58,932 bases of DNA from a bacterium. Its GTDB lineage: Bacteria > UBA6262 > WVXT01. The notes beneath the pieces are model-generated. The model saw only the letters and a program-made list of their open reading frames with translations, made no database searches and was not told the origin of the DNA. Of this stretch, positions 49,784 to 58,932 are shown in pieces. The stretch covers positions 1 to 58,932 of the forward strand of contig JBHIBS010000003.1 of the NCBI GenBank assembly GCA_046759165.1, read 5' to 3'. Within the stretch, counting starts at the first letter, position 1, and each line of letters opens with the position of its first letter. The position numbers and the translations under genes were made by a program.

Positions 49784-50947
49784 TTAACAATTTTTGAGCT
49801 CTTCTATATAATGCCCGAAGTTCAATTTCATCTCTTTAAGAGAGTCGCCACCAAACTTCTCTCTCATCGCGCGGGCTATCTCAAAAGCAACCACTGCCTC
49901 TCCAATCACGCAGGCTGAAGGAACAGCGCAGATATCGGATCTGACGACCTCAGCTGGAACCTCTTTTTTTGTAATCATGTCCACTGACTGGAGGGGTTTC
50001 TTCAATGAAGACAGTGGTTTCATTGCCACCCGTGCGATAATATTTTCTCCATTACTTATTCCGCCCTCAATTCCACCAGAATTATTAGTCTTTCGGTAGT
50101 AACCCTTGCCAGCTTCATAGAAAATCTCATCGTGTACCTTAGAGCCGGGCTTTCTCGCCATGCCAAATCCTCCACCAATTTCCACTCCCTTCACTGCTGG
50201 AATGGACATCAATGCCTGAGCCAGCCTGCCATCAAGCCTTAGATCCCACTGCGTGTGGCTCCCCAGTCCTGCTGGAGGATTAATAGCTAACACCGTGAAG
50301 ACTCCGCCCAGCGTATCTCCTGATTTCTCTGCTTCTTTAATTACCTTTGACATCTTCTTCTCCGCACTTTTATCCGGGCACCGAACTGAAGATGACTCAC
50401 TTGCTTTCTCTATCCCTTCTGGTCTTAACTTTGAAACTTCGGCTTGGATACCACCAATTTCCTCAGTCATGCTCACCACCTTGATGGCAAACTCGGCCAA
50501 GAGCCTCTTGCACACAGCTCCTACTGCTACCCTAGCAGCAGTTTCGCGAGCAGATGCTCTTTCCAGGATATCTCTTAAATCCTCACGGCCATACTTGAGA
50601 GCACCAGCCAGGTCGGCATGACCTGGTCGGGGACGAACCATCCTGGTTTCCATTTCTTTATCTGAGGCATAAATAGACATCAATTTTTTCCAGTTTTCCC
50701 AGTCTTTGTTAATTATGGTCATAGTAATGGGACTACCTATAGTTTCTCCCCAACGTATGCCAGAAGTAATTTCCACTCTGTCTTTCTCAATTTTCTGCAT
50801 TCTTTCTCCCCGGCCAAAGCCTCTCTGTCGCCGGACAAGTTCTCCATTAATGTCTTCCTCTCTCAATTTTAACCCTGAAGGTATGCCCTCAAGTATCGAA
50901 TGCAAGCATTTTCCATGAGATTCACCAGAGGTAATATAACGAAGCAT
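49784..50947 (-). CDS. aroC: Chorismate synthase
   Basis: SGESHG, RPGHAD, ERASARETAARV, GGIEGGISNG. Confidence 0.97.
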   Translation of the reverse strand: MLRYITSGESHGKCLHSILEGIPSGLKLREEDINGELVRRQRGFGRGERMQKIEKDRVEITSGIRWGETIGSPITMTIINKDWENWKKLMSIYASDKEMETRMVRPRPGHADLAGALKYGREDLRDILERASARETAARVAVGAVCKRLLAEFAIKVVSMTEEIGGIQAEVSKLRPEGIEKASESSSVRCPDKSAEKKMSKVIKEAEKSGDTLGGVFTVLAINPPAGLGSHTQWDLRLDGRLAQALMSIPAVKGVEIGGGFGMARKPGSKVHDEIFYEAGKGYYRKTNNSGGIEGGISNGENIIARVAMKPLSSLKKPLQSVDMITKKEVPAEVVRSDICAVPSACVIGEAVVAFEIARAMREKFGGDSLKEMKLNFGHYIEELKNC

Positions 50948-50973
50948 AGGTGCCCTCCGTTGAAAATTTCTAT

Positions 50974-51261
50974 CTATTCCTTTCCTTTCCTAAAGAATTC
51001 AAGTTTCCATAAATCCTGGTTCTGATCGTATTTCAAAATATAAGTCTGGTTATTTTCGTCTCTTACTTTGAAATAGAGACAACCCGGGCTATACCATTGA
51101 TCGAGTATTTCCTTGATAAGAAATTCTCTGTTGTTAATCGTAAAACTGATAGGCCTTTCGTTAATTCTATAGCCGGAATAACATTTTACTTTTAACATCT
51201 GGTTTAAAATATCCCTTCGCCGAAATCGGACAACCCATCCAACATTTTCACGAGCGTGCAA
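50974..51261 (-). CDS. Small conserved hypothetical protein
   Basis: VKCYSGYRINERP.SF...ILDQWY.P..YFKV...YIL pattern; true start probably at the internal MLKV. Confidence 0.65.
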   Translation of the reverse strand: MHARENVGWVVRFRRRDILNQMLKVKCYSGYRINERPISFTINNREFLIKEILDQWYSPGCLYFKVRDENNQTYILKYDQNQDLWKLEFFRKGKE

Positions 51262-51289
51262 AGCTTTTTATCTGAATCCCTATATGGTT

Positions 51290-51724
51290 CTAGTATACTT
51301 TCGATCCCAAATAGATTAAAGCTCCTCCAATTATTATCCCGACAACGCAGGCAGAACTTATAAACCAACTGGGAATCTGGGTAGCTTTAGCTGCGATTCT
51401 CTGAAGTGAAGAAGGAAAATATAGAAATATCACCCCACCCCCAGCCATTAGGTAACCTGCAATTGCCATGAACACTTCCAGGGGCCTATCGGTCTTACAG
51501 AGGGTTACCAGTACCACCACCGCATAAAGGAAAAGGGAAAGACCAAACGCTGAAGCGCATCCGGGAGAAGCAACAACAAAGTTATTAAAGGCTGTCGTCA
51601 ATCTTCGAGGAAAAAAGATGCCGGGTAGCCTGATTACTATAATCATAGCTCCCAAAACAATTGCTAATAAAGAGAGATCGAGCATTTCAAAACCCCCTTT
51701 TAGAGACTGCTCAAAATGGAGCAA
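51290..51724 (-). CDS. Hypothetical membrane protein (about 4 TM)
   Basis: Hydrophobic segments; operon position after aroE. Confidence 0.7.
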   Translation of the reverse strand: MLHFEQSLKGGFEMLDLSLLAIVLGAMIIVIRLPGIFFPRRLTTAFNNFVVASPGCASAFGLSLFLYAVVVLVTLCKTDRPLEVFMAIAGYLMAGGGVIFLYFPSSLQRIAAKATQIPSWFISSACVVGIIIGGALIYLGSKVY

Positions 51725-52576
51725 CTACAAATCCTTAAGAATTCTATTTCTCATCACTTCTATAGGCGCCTTCTGACCTGTCCAGATTTCAAATGACGCT
51801 GCTCCCTGGTGTATCAACATTCCGATTCCGCCCAGAGCTCTCAACCCTCTTTTTTTTGCCGCTTCAATTAATGGGGTTTCTCTATTATAAATCACATCAT
51901 AAATGAAAAGGTCTTTATGGAGATGCTCGGGATCAATCACACAGGGATCTCCCTCTTTCATGCCTACTGGCGTGGCATTGATAAGAAGTGTGCTTCCAAA
52001 GAGGGCTCTTGCAAATTCCTTGTCGCTAGGAAGGATGGCATAGACTGGACAGTCGGGAATGTTTTCTCGAAGTTTCCTTACCAGAGCCTCCGCCCTTTCG
52101 ACTATCTTATCGGTAATAACGAGTCTCTCCACTCCCCTCTCAGCCAATTTTACAGCTACTGGCTTCCCTGCCCCTCCTGCACCGATCAGAAGAACCTTCT
52201 GACCTTCAAGCTTTACTCTGCCATCAGTGAGTAAAGATGTGATGAAACCCTGACCATCGGTGTTATAACCTATGAGTTTTCCTTCCCGATTATGAATCGT
52301 GTTCACAGCACCAATGAATTTAGCTTCAGGAGTGATTTCATCCAAGTATTTGATGACCTCTTCCTTATACGGAATGGTAACATTTGCCCCCACGACATTC
52401 AATGCCCTTAAACCCATTACTGCTTCCTTTAGATAATGGGGCCTTACCGAAAAGAGGAAATATATAAAATCGAGCCCGAGAGATTCGAAAGCAGCATTGT
52501 GCATAAGCGGGCTTTTCGAATGCTCTACAGGATAGCCAATCAGTCCCACAATTTTCGTAGAACCAGATGGTTTCAT
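51725..52576 (-). CDS. aroE: Shikimate dehydrogenase
   Basis: HSKSPLMHN, NVTIPYK, GAVNT, NTDGQG, GAGGAG, MLIHQG. Confidence 0.96.
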   Translation of the reverse strand: MKPSGSTKIVGLIGYPVEHSKSPLMHNAAFESLGLDFIYFLFSVRPHYLKEAVMGLRALNVVGANVTIPYKEEVIKYLDEITPEAKFIGAVNTIHNREGKLIGYNTDGQGFITSLLTDGRVKLEGQKVLLIGAGGAGKPVAVKLAERGVERLVITDKIVERAEALVRKLRENIPDCPVYAILPSDKEFARALFGSTLLINATPVGMKEGDPCVIDPEHLHKDLFIYDVIYNRETPLIEAAKKRGLRALGGIGMLIHQGAASFEIWTGQKAPIEVMRNRILKDL

Positions 52577-52578
52577 CT

Positions 52579-53952
52579 CTACTCACCACTAATAAGAATA
52601 TCGGAGATTCTTATGGTAGGAGAACCCAAACTTCCATAAAATTCTAAATCATCGCCAATGGCATCGATGGAATTCAAAAGGTCGAGAACATTGCCTGCTA
52701 TGGTGACCCCGTGGACAGGAAAGGATAATTTTCCTCTCTCTATCCATAATCCACTAACTCCCACTGAAAAGTCTCCAGAAACAGGGTCGGCTGTGTGCAT
52801 TCCCATAGTCTCCATTACATAGAGCCCCTTATCTGTACTTGCAATCAATTCCTCCCTTCTGGTCCTTCCTTTCTCCAGAAAGAAGTTGGTGAACCCCACA
52901 GAGGGCAGAGCCTTAAAAGAGCTCCTGCAAGCATTGCCAGATGACTCGACCTTATCCTTCCTCGCAGTATAGGAATCATAAAGAAAGGTGGAAAGTATGC
53001 CATCCTTAACCAGAACCGTCTTCCCCCTCGGTATACCTTCATCATCGAAGGGAGAGGTAGCTACTCCCCGTAGCAAGGTCCCATCATCAATGATGTTGAC
53101 AATCTTGTTGGCAATTCTCTTTCCCCTCTTTTTCGCAAACGGAGACTTCGTCTTTTGTACAAAGTCGGCACCAAAACCTCTGGCAATGAGCTTGAGAAAA
53201 CTTGAGACCACAAGCGGTTCAAGAACGACAGATGCCCTCTGAGTTCTTAGCCTCCTTGCTCCCAAAAGAGAAACAGCCCGATGGGCTGCATTTTCAGCAA
53301 CCTGGTTGAAATGGAGTTCTTGAAACCTTCTTCTTACGACAAAATCGGATCCAAGTTGAATCTCTTTACTTTCCTTTCCTGGAAACACTTTAGCCTCAGC
53401 CACAGCAATCAGGCCAGCAGCACAGTGAGTACCTCTGTAACTTGCTTTCAGTTTTCTTGAATTGAAGATGAATATTTCGTACTGGCTATCACCATAGGAA
53501 GCCCTAAGCACTCTCCTTACCCTATTATCATAAGCAAGAGTCTTCTCTTCCATCTCTCTAATTTTGTCAATCTTTATCCCTACCGGAATTCTAGTCAAGT
53601 CTTCGTCATATAAATGTTCATGCAACAGACCACTTGACCTTTGATGCTGGCTGAGTTGTGGCAAACAGTGGCACTCATCCGGAGTACCATTTAAGGCATT
53701 ATCTTTAGCCTGCTGAACTAACCTCTCAATACCCTCTCGGTCAAAACGCGTAGTATATGCAAAACCCATCCTGTTTTTGGAAAAGATTCTTAAGCCAATC
53801 CCAGAACAATAGGGGGTATTGAAATTTTCCAGTTTCTGCCCGGAGACATCGACATGGACTGCCCGTAATGTCTTTATATAAACTTCGGCTTCTTCTTCCT
53901 TTGAACCGCAAACTCGCTCGATTATCTCTTCGCCTATCTTTGAATAGTCCAC
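52579..53952 (-). CDS. TldD/PmbA family protein (PmbA-like)
   Basis: FDDEG, STGNA-like SSGNA, GDFS, TIAGN motifs. Confidence 0.9.
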   Translation of the reverse strand: MDYSKIGEEIIERVCGSKEEEAEVYIKTLRAVHVDVSGQKLENFNTPYCSGIGLRIFSKNRMGFAYTTRFDREGIERLVQQAKDNALNGTPDECHCLPQLSQHQRSSGLLHEHLYDEDLTRIPVGIKIDKIREMEEKTLAYDNRVRRVLRASYGDSQYEIFIFNSRKLKASYRGTHCAAGLIAVAEAKVFPGKESKEIQLGSDFVVRRRFQELHFNQVAENAAHRAVSLLGARRLRTQRASVVLEPLVVSSFLKLIARGFGADFVQKTKSPFAKKRGKRIANKIVNIIDDGTLLRGVATSPFDDEGIPRGKTVLVKDGILSTFLYDSYTARKDKVESSGNACRSSFKALPSVGFTNFFLEKGRTRREELIASTDKGLYVMETMGMHTADPVSGDFSVGVSGLWIERGKLSFPVHGVTIAGNVLDLLNSIDAIGDDLEFYGSLGSPTIRISDILISGE

Positions 53953-53964
53953 ATTTAGACCTTT

Positions 53965-54216
53965 TTACTTAAAAATTAAAATATTTTTTCCTACAAATCC
54001 CCCATAGAGGAAAATAATCGAAATGATTAGAAAGATCACGCCTATCTTCTTGCGGTGGGTTATCAATAATTGATCGTTAAAGAGATACTTTCGACCCCAG
54101 GCATTAAACCTTATTATAATTGTTGGCCGGTAGAGGTAACCCAGACTAATGATGAGAAAGAAAAGACCTATCAAGACTTCTAAGAGTCCCAAAATAAACC
54201 TCCCTCTTTGTATCAA
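53965..54216 (-). CDS. Small two-TM hypothetical protein
   Basis: Two hydrophobic helices; promoter candidate immediately upstream. Confidence 0.6.
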   Translation of the reverse strand: MIQRGRFILGLLEVLIGLFFLIISLGYLYRPTIIIRFNAWGRKYLFNDQLLITHRKKIGVIFLIISIIFLYGGFVGKNILIFK

Positions 54217-54224
54217 CTTTTATT

Positions 54225-54253
54225 AAATTAGCACAGAAACCATATTTTGTCAA
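54225..54253 (-). promoter_or_regulatory. Sigma70-type promoter candidate
   Basis: TTGACA-17-TAATTT with TGn. Confidence 0.5.
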
Positions 54254-54289
54254 TGAAAAACAGGTAATAATGGAGAAAGTCCTGAGCCT

Positions 54290-55609
54290 TTACTTTCCGA
54301 TGAGTTTTTTCTTCAGGAGCAACCTGTGGTACCTGATAGCAAAGCGGTGAGCTTCATCTCGTATACGTTGGATCAGCTGTAAAGACGGTGAGCTGGAAGG
54401 GAGGCGAATCGGGCGAGAACGTTGAGGCAGAAATATCAATTCTTCTCCTTTTGCAAGTCCAACTACCGGAATACTGTCCAGGCCCAGTTGCTTAAGAACT
54501 CCTTTGGCCCCGTTCACTTGCCCTTTCCCTCCATCAACCAGAACCAAATCTGGCAACAATCCTTTCTCTCTTATCAACCTTGTATATCTTCGGCGAATCA
54601 CCTCTTTCATCATACCCACATCATCAATTCCTGAGACCATTTTTATCTTAAATTTCCTATAATACTTACTTTCCGATTTTCCACCAGAAAAAACAACCAT
54701 AGATCCCGCAGCCGAGTCTCCATAAATCTCAGATATATCGAAAGCCTCTATCCGTTCTGGTAAGCTTTCCAACTCTATTGCTTTTTGAAGTTCAATCAAA
54801 ACTTCCCCCATTCCAGCAGCCTTCAATTTCTGCTTCTCTACTTGTCGCAGATTAACCCTTTCCGAAATGCTCTCTATTGCCCATATCTGGTCTCTCAAGA
54901 TTTTTGCCTTCTCAAAGTCGAGTCGTCTGGATGCCCTTTCCATCTCTTCTTCCAGCTTTTTCAAAAGACTCTCTCCCTTTCCCGAGAGAAACAGGACAAC
55001 TTTCTCCACAATTTTCCTATAATCTTCCCCACTTATCCACCCTGCGCAGGGTGCCAGGCACTGTCCCAGATGGACATCTAAACAACTACTGGGGTTACCC
55101 TCCTTTCGTCGAGCCAGAAAGAAGCTCTTGCCACATTTAACTAGAGGAAATATCCTCTGGATTGTTTTAAGTGTCCTCTTGAGGGAAGAGACATCCGGAT
55201 AAGGACCGAAATACTTTACCCCGGGCGTTCTGTGCTTCACCCTCTCCCTTTTGGAGATCCGCGCCATCACCAATCTAGGAAAATCCTCATCAATGGTCAA
55301 CTTAAGGTGGGGATAGGTTTTATCGTCCCTTAAGGCTACATTATATTTTGGATGGAAGTATTTTATTAACTCGTTCTCCAAGATCAGGGCCTCTTTTTCG
55401 TTTCGTGTTACAATGTATTCTAGGTCTCGCACATTCGAAATTAGAGCAAAAGTTCTTGGAGAGTAAGTGCCCGGCGATTGAAAATATGAAGGGACTCTTT
55501 TTCTGATCGATTTTGCTTTGCCCACATAAATAACTCTGCCAGTGATGTCCTTCATCATATATACCCCTGGTGCCTCGGGTAGAGAAGCGAGTTTTTCCTC
55601 AAACTTCAT
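54290..55609 (-). CDS. uvrC: Excinuclease ABC subunit C (short form, no C-terminal HhH)
   Basis: GIY-YIG PGVY...IYVGKAK, UVR motif, IEAFDIS, DGGKGQ, RDEAHRFA. Confidence 0.92.
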   Translation of the reverse strand: MKFEEKLASLPEAPGVYMMKDITGRVIYVGKAKSIRKRVPSYFQSPGTYSPRTFALISNVRDLEYIVTRNEKEALILENELIKYFHPKYNVALRDDKTYPHLKLTIDEDFPRLVMARISKRERVKHRTPGVKYFGPYPDVSSLKRTLKTIQRIFPLVKCGKSFFLARRKEGNPSSCLDVHLGQCLAPCAGWISGEDYRKIVEKVVLFLSGKGESLLKKLEEEMERASRRLDFEKAKILRDQIWAIESISERVNLRQVEKQKLKAAGMGEVLIELQKAIELESLPERIEAFDISEIYGDSAAGSMVVFSGGKSESKYYRKFKIKMVSGIDDVGMMKEVIRRRYTRLIREKGLLPDLVLVDGGKGQVNGAKGVLKQLGLDSIPVVGLAKGEELIFLPQRSRPIRLPSSSPSLQLIQRIRDEAHRFAIRYHRLLLKKKLIGK

Positions 55610-57287
55610 CTGTCGATTCCTTCCGTGTGGTTATCTTCCATACGTATTTAATCTCTTCACAGCGCAAAAGATGCGTGACCAAAATGTAGATACCTAAACA
55701 AATCAGGATAGTGCCCACCACCTGTATCAACTTGTTGATCTGGCCTAGGAATCGGGAGGAATATATGCAGGCTAAGCCCATAGCTGAAGAGGCAAGTAGA
55801 ATCTTAGCAAGCGAAAGTACCACTTTCTTTGATACCAACCTGCCAATCCTCTTCCAGAGATAGAATAGAAGAATTAACAAATTAATAAAGGCAGCGATGG
55901 CGGTTGCAAAAGCAAGTCCACCTACATCCAAAATGCGCATTAGGATCAGATTCAGAACTATGTTTGCTACCATAGCGATGGAGGCTACTCTAACTGGGGT
56001 CCTAGTGTCCTGCATGGAATAGAATGCAGATGCTACCACCTTTACTCCCGCATAAGCCACTATTCCAGTTGAATAGAATAGGAGTGCCCAGCTTGTTGAC
56101 TGAGTAGCTTGAGATGTAAATCTTCCCCTTTCAAATAGAAGAGAGATTATGGGATTTCCTAAAATAATGAGTCCCACGGAGGCAGGAACAATAGTGAATA
56201 GTATCATTCTGAATGCTAATGATAGTGTATCCTTTAGTTCTTGCATGTTACGGGCTGCCACTGACCTGGACATCATTGGCAAGGCAACAGTTGCTATTGC
56301 TGTCCCGAACAGAGCCAGAGGAAGTTGCATTATGCGATTTGCATAATATAGAGCCGTAACACTTCCTTCTCTAAGCATTGAGGCGCATATTGCGTCCACA
56401 ACGGTATTCACCTGCGATACAGATAATCCCAGAGTTGCTGGGAGCATCAATAGCCCTATCCTCTTCACCCCCGGATGATCTAAGATGGAAGTCCATCTCT
56501 TCCAGAGTACAATCCAGTTCTTCAGGAGATTTTGGGGATAGTTTATCGGCTTTAGACGTGGATTACTGTAACCCTTCCCGGCTGGTATAACAAAACCTCT
56601 TTTTACTAAAGAGGGTATCTGAAAGAAGAACTGGGCAAACCCCCCAGCCAAGACCCCCAAAGCAAGGCCAATTATTGGTCGTTCCATTAATGGACATATA
56701 AGCAAAATAAAGAAAATTTCAGAAATACTGAGCAGACAGGGAGCCAGGGCAGGAATAATAAACCTGTGGAGAGAGTTCAATATTCCCAAAGCTAAAGCCG
56801 CCATACCTATTATAATCATGAAAGGAAAAAGGATACGGGTGAGAGTAATGGTTAAGGAGAGCTTTTCAGGATCCTTAATGAAACCCGGAGCAATCACGCG
56901 GACAATTATAGGAGAAAACATGATTCCCAGAATTGTCAAAATAGACAGGATGGTCAAGAGTAGTAAGCCCGAAATTCTTACCAGTCTCTGTGCTTCTTCT
57001 TTAGGCTTGGTAGTTAAATATTCGGTAAACACAGGAATAAAGGATGCGGAGAGTGCCCCCTCTCCAAGAAGTCGACGGAGAAGGTTGGGAATGCGATAGG
57101 CAATGAAAAACGCATCAGCTACCAAACCGGCACCAAAGAAGTTGGCAATAAGCATGTCTCTCAGATAGCCGAGAATCCGAGATACCAAGGTAGAAGCGCT
57201 AACACCAGCAACCGACCCGGTGATTTTTCCTTCCTTCTCCAATATTCTTCTCCGAAATAAAGATTGTTCTTGACTTTCGCTTCTCAA
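55599..57287 (-). CDS. murJ: Lipid II flippase
   Basis: SRILGYLRD, ADAFFIAYRIPNLLRRLLGEGALSASFIP, YANRIMQLP; true start may be further downstream. Confidence 0.95.
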   Translation of the reverse strand: MRSESQEQSLFRRRILEKEGKITGSVAGVSASTLVSRILGYLRDMLIANFFGAGLVADAFFIAYRIPNLLRRLLGEGALSASFIPVFTEYLTTKPKEEAQRLVRISGLLLLTILSILTILGIMFSPIIVRVIAPGFIKDPEKLSLTITLTRILFPFMIIIGMAALALGILNSLHRFIIPALAPCLLSISEIFFILLICPLMERPIIGLALGVLAGGFAQFFFQIPSLVKRGFVIPAGKGYSNPRLKPINYPQNLLKNWIVLWKRWTSILDHPGVKRIGLLMLPATLGLSVSQVNTVVDAICASMLREGSVTALYYANRIMQLPLALFGTAIATVALPMMSRSVAARNMQELKDTLSLAFRMILFTIVPASVGLIILGNPIISLLFERGRFTSQATQSTSWALLFYSTGIVAYAGVKVVASAFYSMQDTRTPVRVASIAMVANIVLNLILMRILDVGGLAFATAIAAFINLLILLFYLWKRIGRLVSKKVVLSLAKILLASSAMGLACIYSSRFLGQINKLIQVVGTILICLGIYILVTHLLRCEEIKYVWKITTRKESTDEV

Positions 57288-57298
57288 TATGGTACTTT
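57270..57298 (+). promoter_or_regulatory. Sigma70-type promoter candidate for rpsT
   Basis: TTGACT-17-TACTTT with TGn. Confidence 0.45.
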
Positions 57299-57336
57299 AA
57301 ATGCGGGATTTCTTTGATCTCAAGGAGATTTCGCTA

Positions 57337-57624
57337 ATGGCTAAATTAAAATTTGGCCGACATACTCAGGCACTTAAATCGCAAAGACAGAATAATAAAC
57401 GGCATCTAAGGAATGTCGCCGTCAAGACAAAAATCAGGACAATAGCTAAAAAAGTAGAGTTGGCAGTCGCTCAGGGCAAACCCGAAGAAGCAAAAAAAAT
57501 CTTCTTACAAGCAATGAAAGGACTAAATAAGGCTGCCAGCAAGAAGATCATACCTAAAAGAAGAGCCTCGAGAAAAAAGTCAAGATTGGCAAAAAAAATC
57601 AATGCCTTAAAAGCAAAAAAGTAA
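57337..57624 (+). CDS. rpsT: 30S ribosomal protein S20
   Basis: ALKSQRQN.KRHLRN..VKTKIRT...KAASKKII...ASRKKSRL; AAGGAG RBS before ATG 57337. Confidence 0.93.
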   Translation: MAKLKFGRHTQALKSQRQNNKRHLRNVAVKTKIRTIAKKVELAVAQGKPEEAKKIFLQAMKGLNKAASKKIIPKRRASRKKSRLAKKINALKAKK

Positions 57625-57630
57625 ATCAAC

Positions 57631-58653
57631 CTAGATAAGTTGATGTCTTTTCTCACCGCATAAATTCAAAATTAGAAGTTCCAGCACAAGCTGAGCTGGT
57701 TTCTTGCCTACCTTAATTTCCCAGTCTGCCCGAAGCAGGTGGTCGAAATTATCCAAGAGCTCTTTCCGATCGAAATCTTGAATCTCGGACGTGAAATCCT
57801 TATCGAAAAAAGGATGTAAGCCCACTTCCTCAATTATTCTCGATCGTACCACTCTCTGGTCTAGAAGTTCTTTGGCGCGAATTATTTGTCGAATCCTCTT
57901 TGCTATTCTTACTAAAATGCCCACAGGCTTTTCTCCAGCTTCTGTCAACTTTGATAGGATTTCCAGAGAGTATCTCAAGTTCCTCCGGGTAATCGCCCTC
58001 AAGAGGTCAAAAATAGAGTCGGACCTAGAACGACCTATCAACTGCTCAACATCGTCCAGCGTAACCTCATTTCTATCTATGGTATAGATTAACAATTTTT
58101 CGATCTCTCCAGACAAGTCTAATAAGTTATTTCCGACTTCTACAAACAGATAATGGGCAGCTTCTCGGGAAATAATTTTTCCCTCTCTGGATATTCTATT
58201 TTCAATCCAACCAGGAATCTCTGAATCGAAAAGCCTCCAGAAAATTACTGTTTCACAAAGAGAAGAAATGGTTTTATATATTGCTCTATCTAACGCCTCC
58301 CTTTTAACCTTTTCACTCACCAGAACAAGACATGTAAAGGAAGCGGATTTCTTCAGGTACTCAATAATTTCTTTCAACTCACTTTCTACAAATCTATCTA
58401 TATCTTTAACCACAATTAATCTCCTCTTCGACATAGAAGGATAAGTCTCGGCAAGGGAAATGGCCTCTCTGGCAGAAGTATCTTCAGCATAAAGAAGCCC
58501 GAAGTCAAAGTCCTCTGCACCGGGCTCGATTAGCATTTCCTTCAACAGAAGGATTGCTTCCTGTTTTAGATAATCCTCCTCGCCACAGAAAAAGTAGCAA
58601 TTGGCAATTCTTCCCCTATTCAAATTTGCAATCAATTCTTGATGCTTCATCAC
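57631..58653 (-). CDS. holA: DNA polymerase III delta subunit
   Basis: YFFCGEEDYL, RRLIVVKD, EIEKLL.Y, IFDL; usual convergent neighbour of rpsT. Confidence 0.9.
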   Translation of the reverse strand: MMKHQELIANLNRGRIANCYFFCGEEDYLKQEAILLLKEMLIEPGAEDFDFGLLYAEDTSAREAISLAETYPSMSKRRLIVVKDIDRFVESELKEIIEYLKKSASFTCLVLVSEKVKREALDRAIYKTISSLCETVIFWRLFDSEIPGWIENRISREGKIISREAAHYLFVEVGNNLLDLSGEIEKLLIYTIDRNEVTLDDVEQLIGRSRSDSIFDLLRAITRRNLRYSLEILSKLTEAGEKPVGILVRIAKRIRQIIRAKELLDQRVVRSRIIEEVGLHPFFDKDFTSEIQDFDRKELLDNFDHLLRADWEIKVGKKPAQLVLELLILNLCGEKRHQLI

Positions 58654-58750
58654 CAGATTGCAGGCAAAAATTCAATTCTAATAAACGCAAACTAAACTTA
58701 AGCAAATTCCCTTTATAAAGCAGAGGTCCGCTCTACCACCACAGATGTTT

Positions 58751-58810
58751 AAAAGGTAGTTTGTGAAGAGCTTTTGGAATCCCAGCCAAAAAACGAAGAA
58801 AAGATATCCC
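58751..58810. repeat. Dispersed 60-bp intergenic repeat, copy 2
   Basis: 48/60 ungapped identity to 31951-32010. Confidence 0.65.
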
Positions 58811-58932
58811 TTGACAAGCCTTTTCAGTCGCTGGCAATGACAGGCGGTGCTCGAAGAAGATATTCCCTTCGGGAATACTTCCATAGGGGTTTCACCCCTC
58901 TGGCGTTCACCAAATGTCCACCGGACATTTGG

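Noticed and set aside
58678-58884. 68-aa ORF
   Set aside because: Overlaps the 60-bp intergenic repeat; no coding signature

Overview
Bacterial chromosomal window, probably a diderm (an outer-membrane beta-barrel candidate is present), with almost every gene on the minus strand. The left half (1-29.3 kb) is a nitrogen/glutamine super-cluster. It holds ammonium assimilation genes (amt, PII, glnA, split archaeal-type glutamate synthase subunits, a second FMN glutamate-synthase-like gene) and a large set of glutamine amidotransferases taken out of their usual pathway operons (nadE, pyrG, purF, hisFH, purSQL, guaA, carA, half of carB, a C26 amidotransferase). It also holds the ammonia-using tRNA-modification genes queC and mnmG, an alternative sigma factor and two GAF-ANTAR RNA-binding proteins. 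Reading the intergenic DNA shows ANTAR-type hairpins (mostly GAC or GAAC stems, hexaloop with invariant G4) in six leaders. In five they overlap intrinsic terminators and in one an RBS-covering stem. A seventh leader keeps only the shared terminator. This points to a GAF-ANTAR antitermination regulon covering both glutamine supply and glutamine use. The right half is housekeeping (cinA, thi, acc, efp, aro, uvrC, murJ, rpsT, holA) with scattered short palindromic or MITE-like repeats. All calls are from motif recognition by eye, with no database searches.
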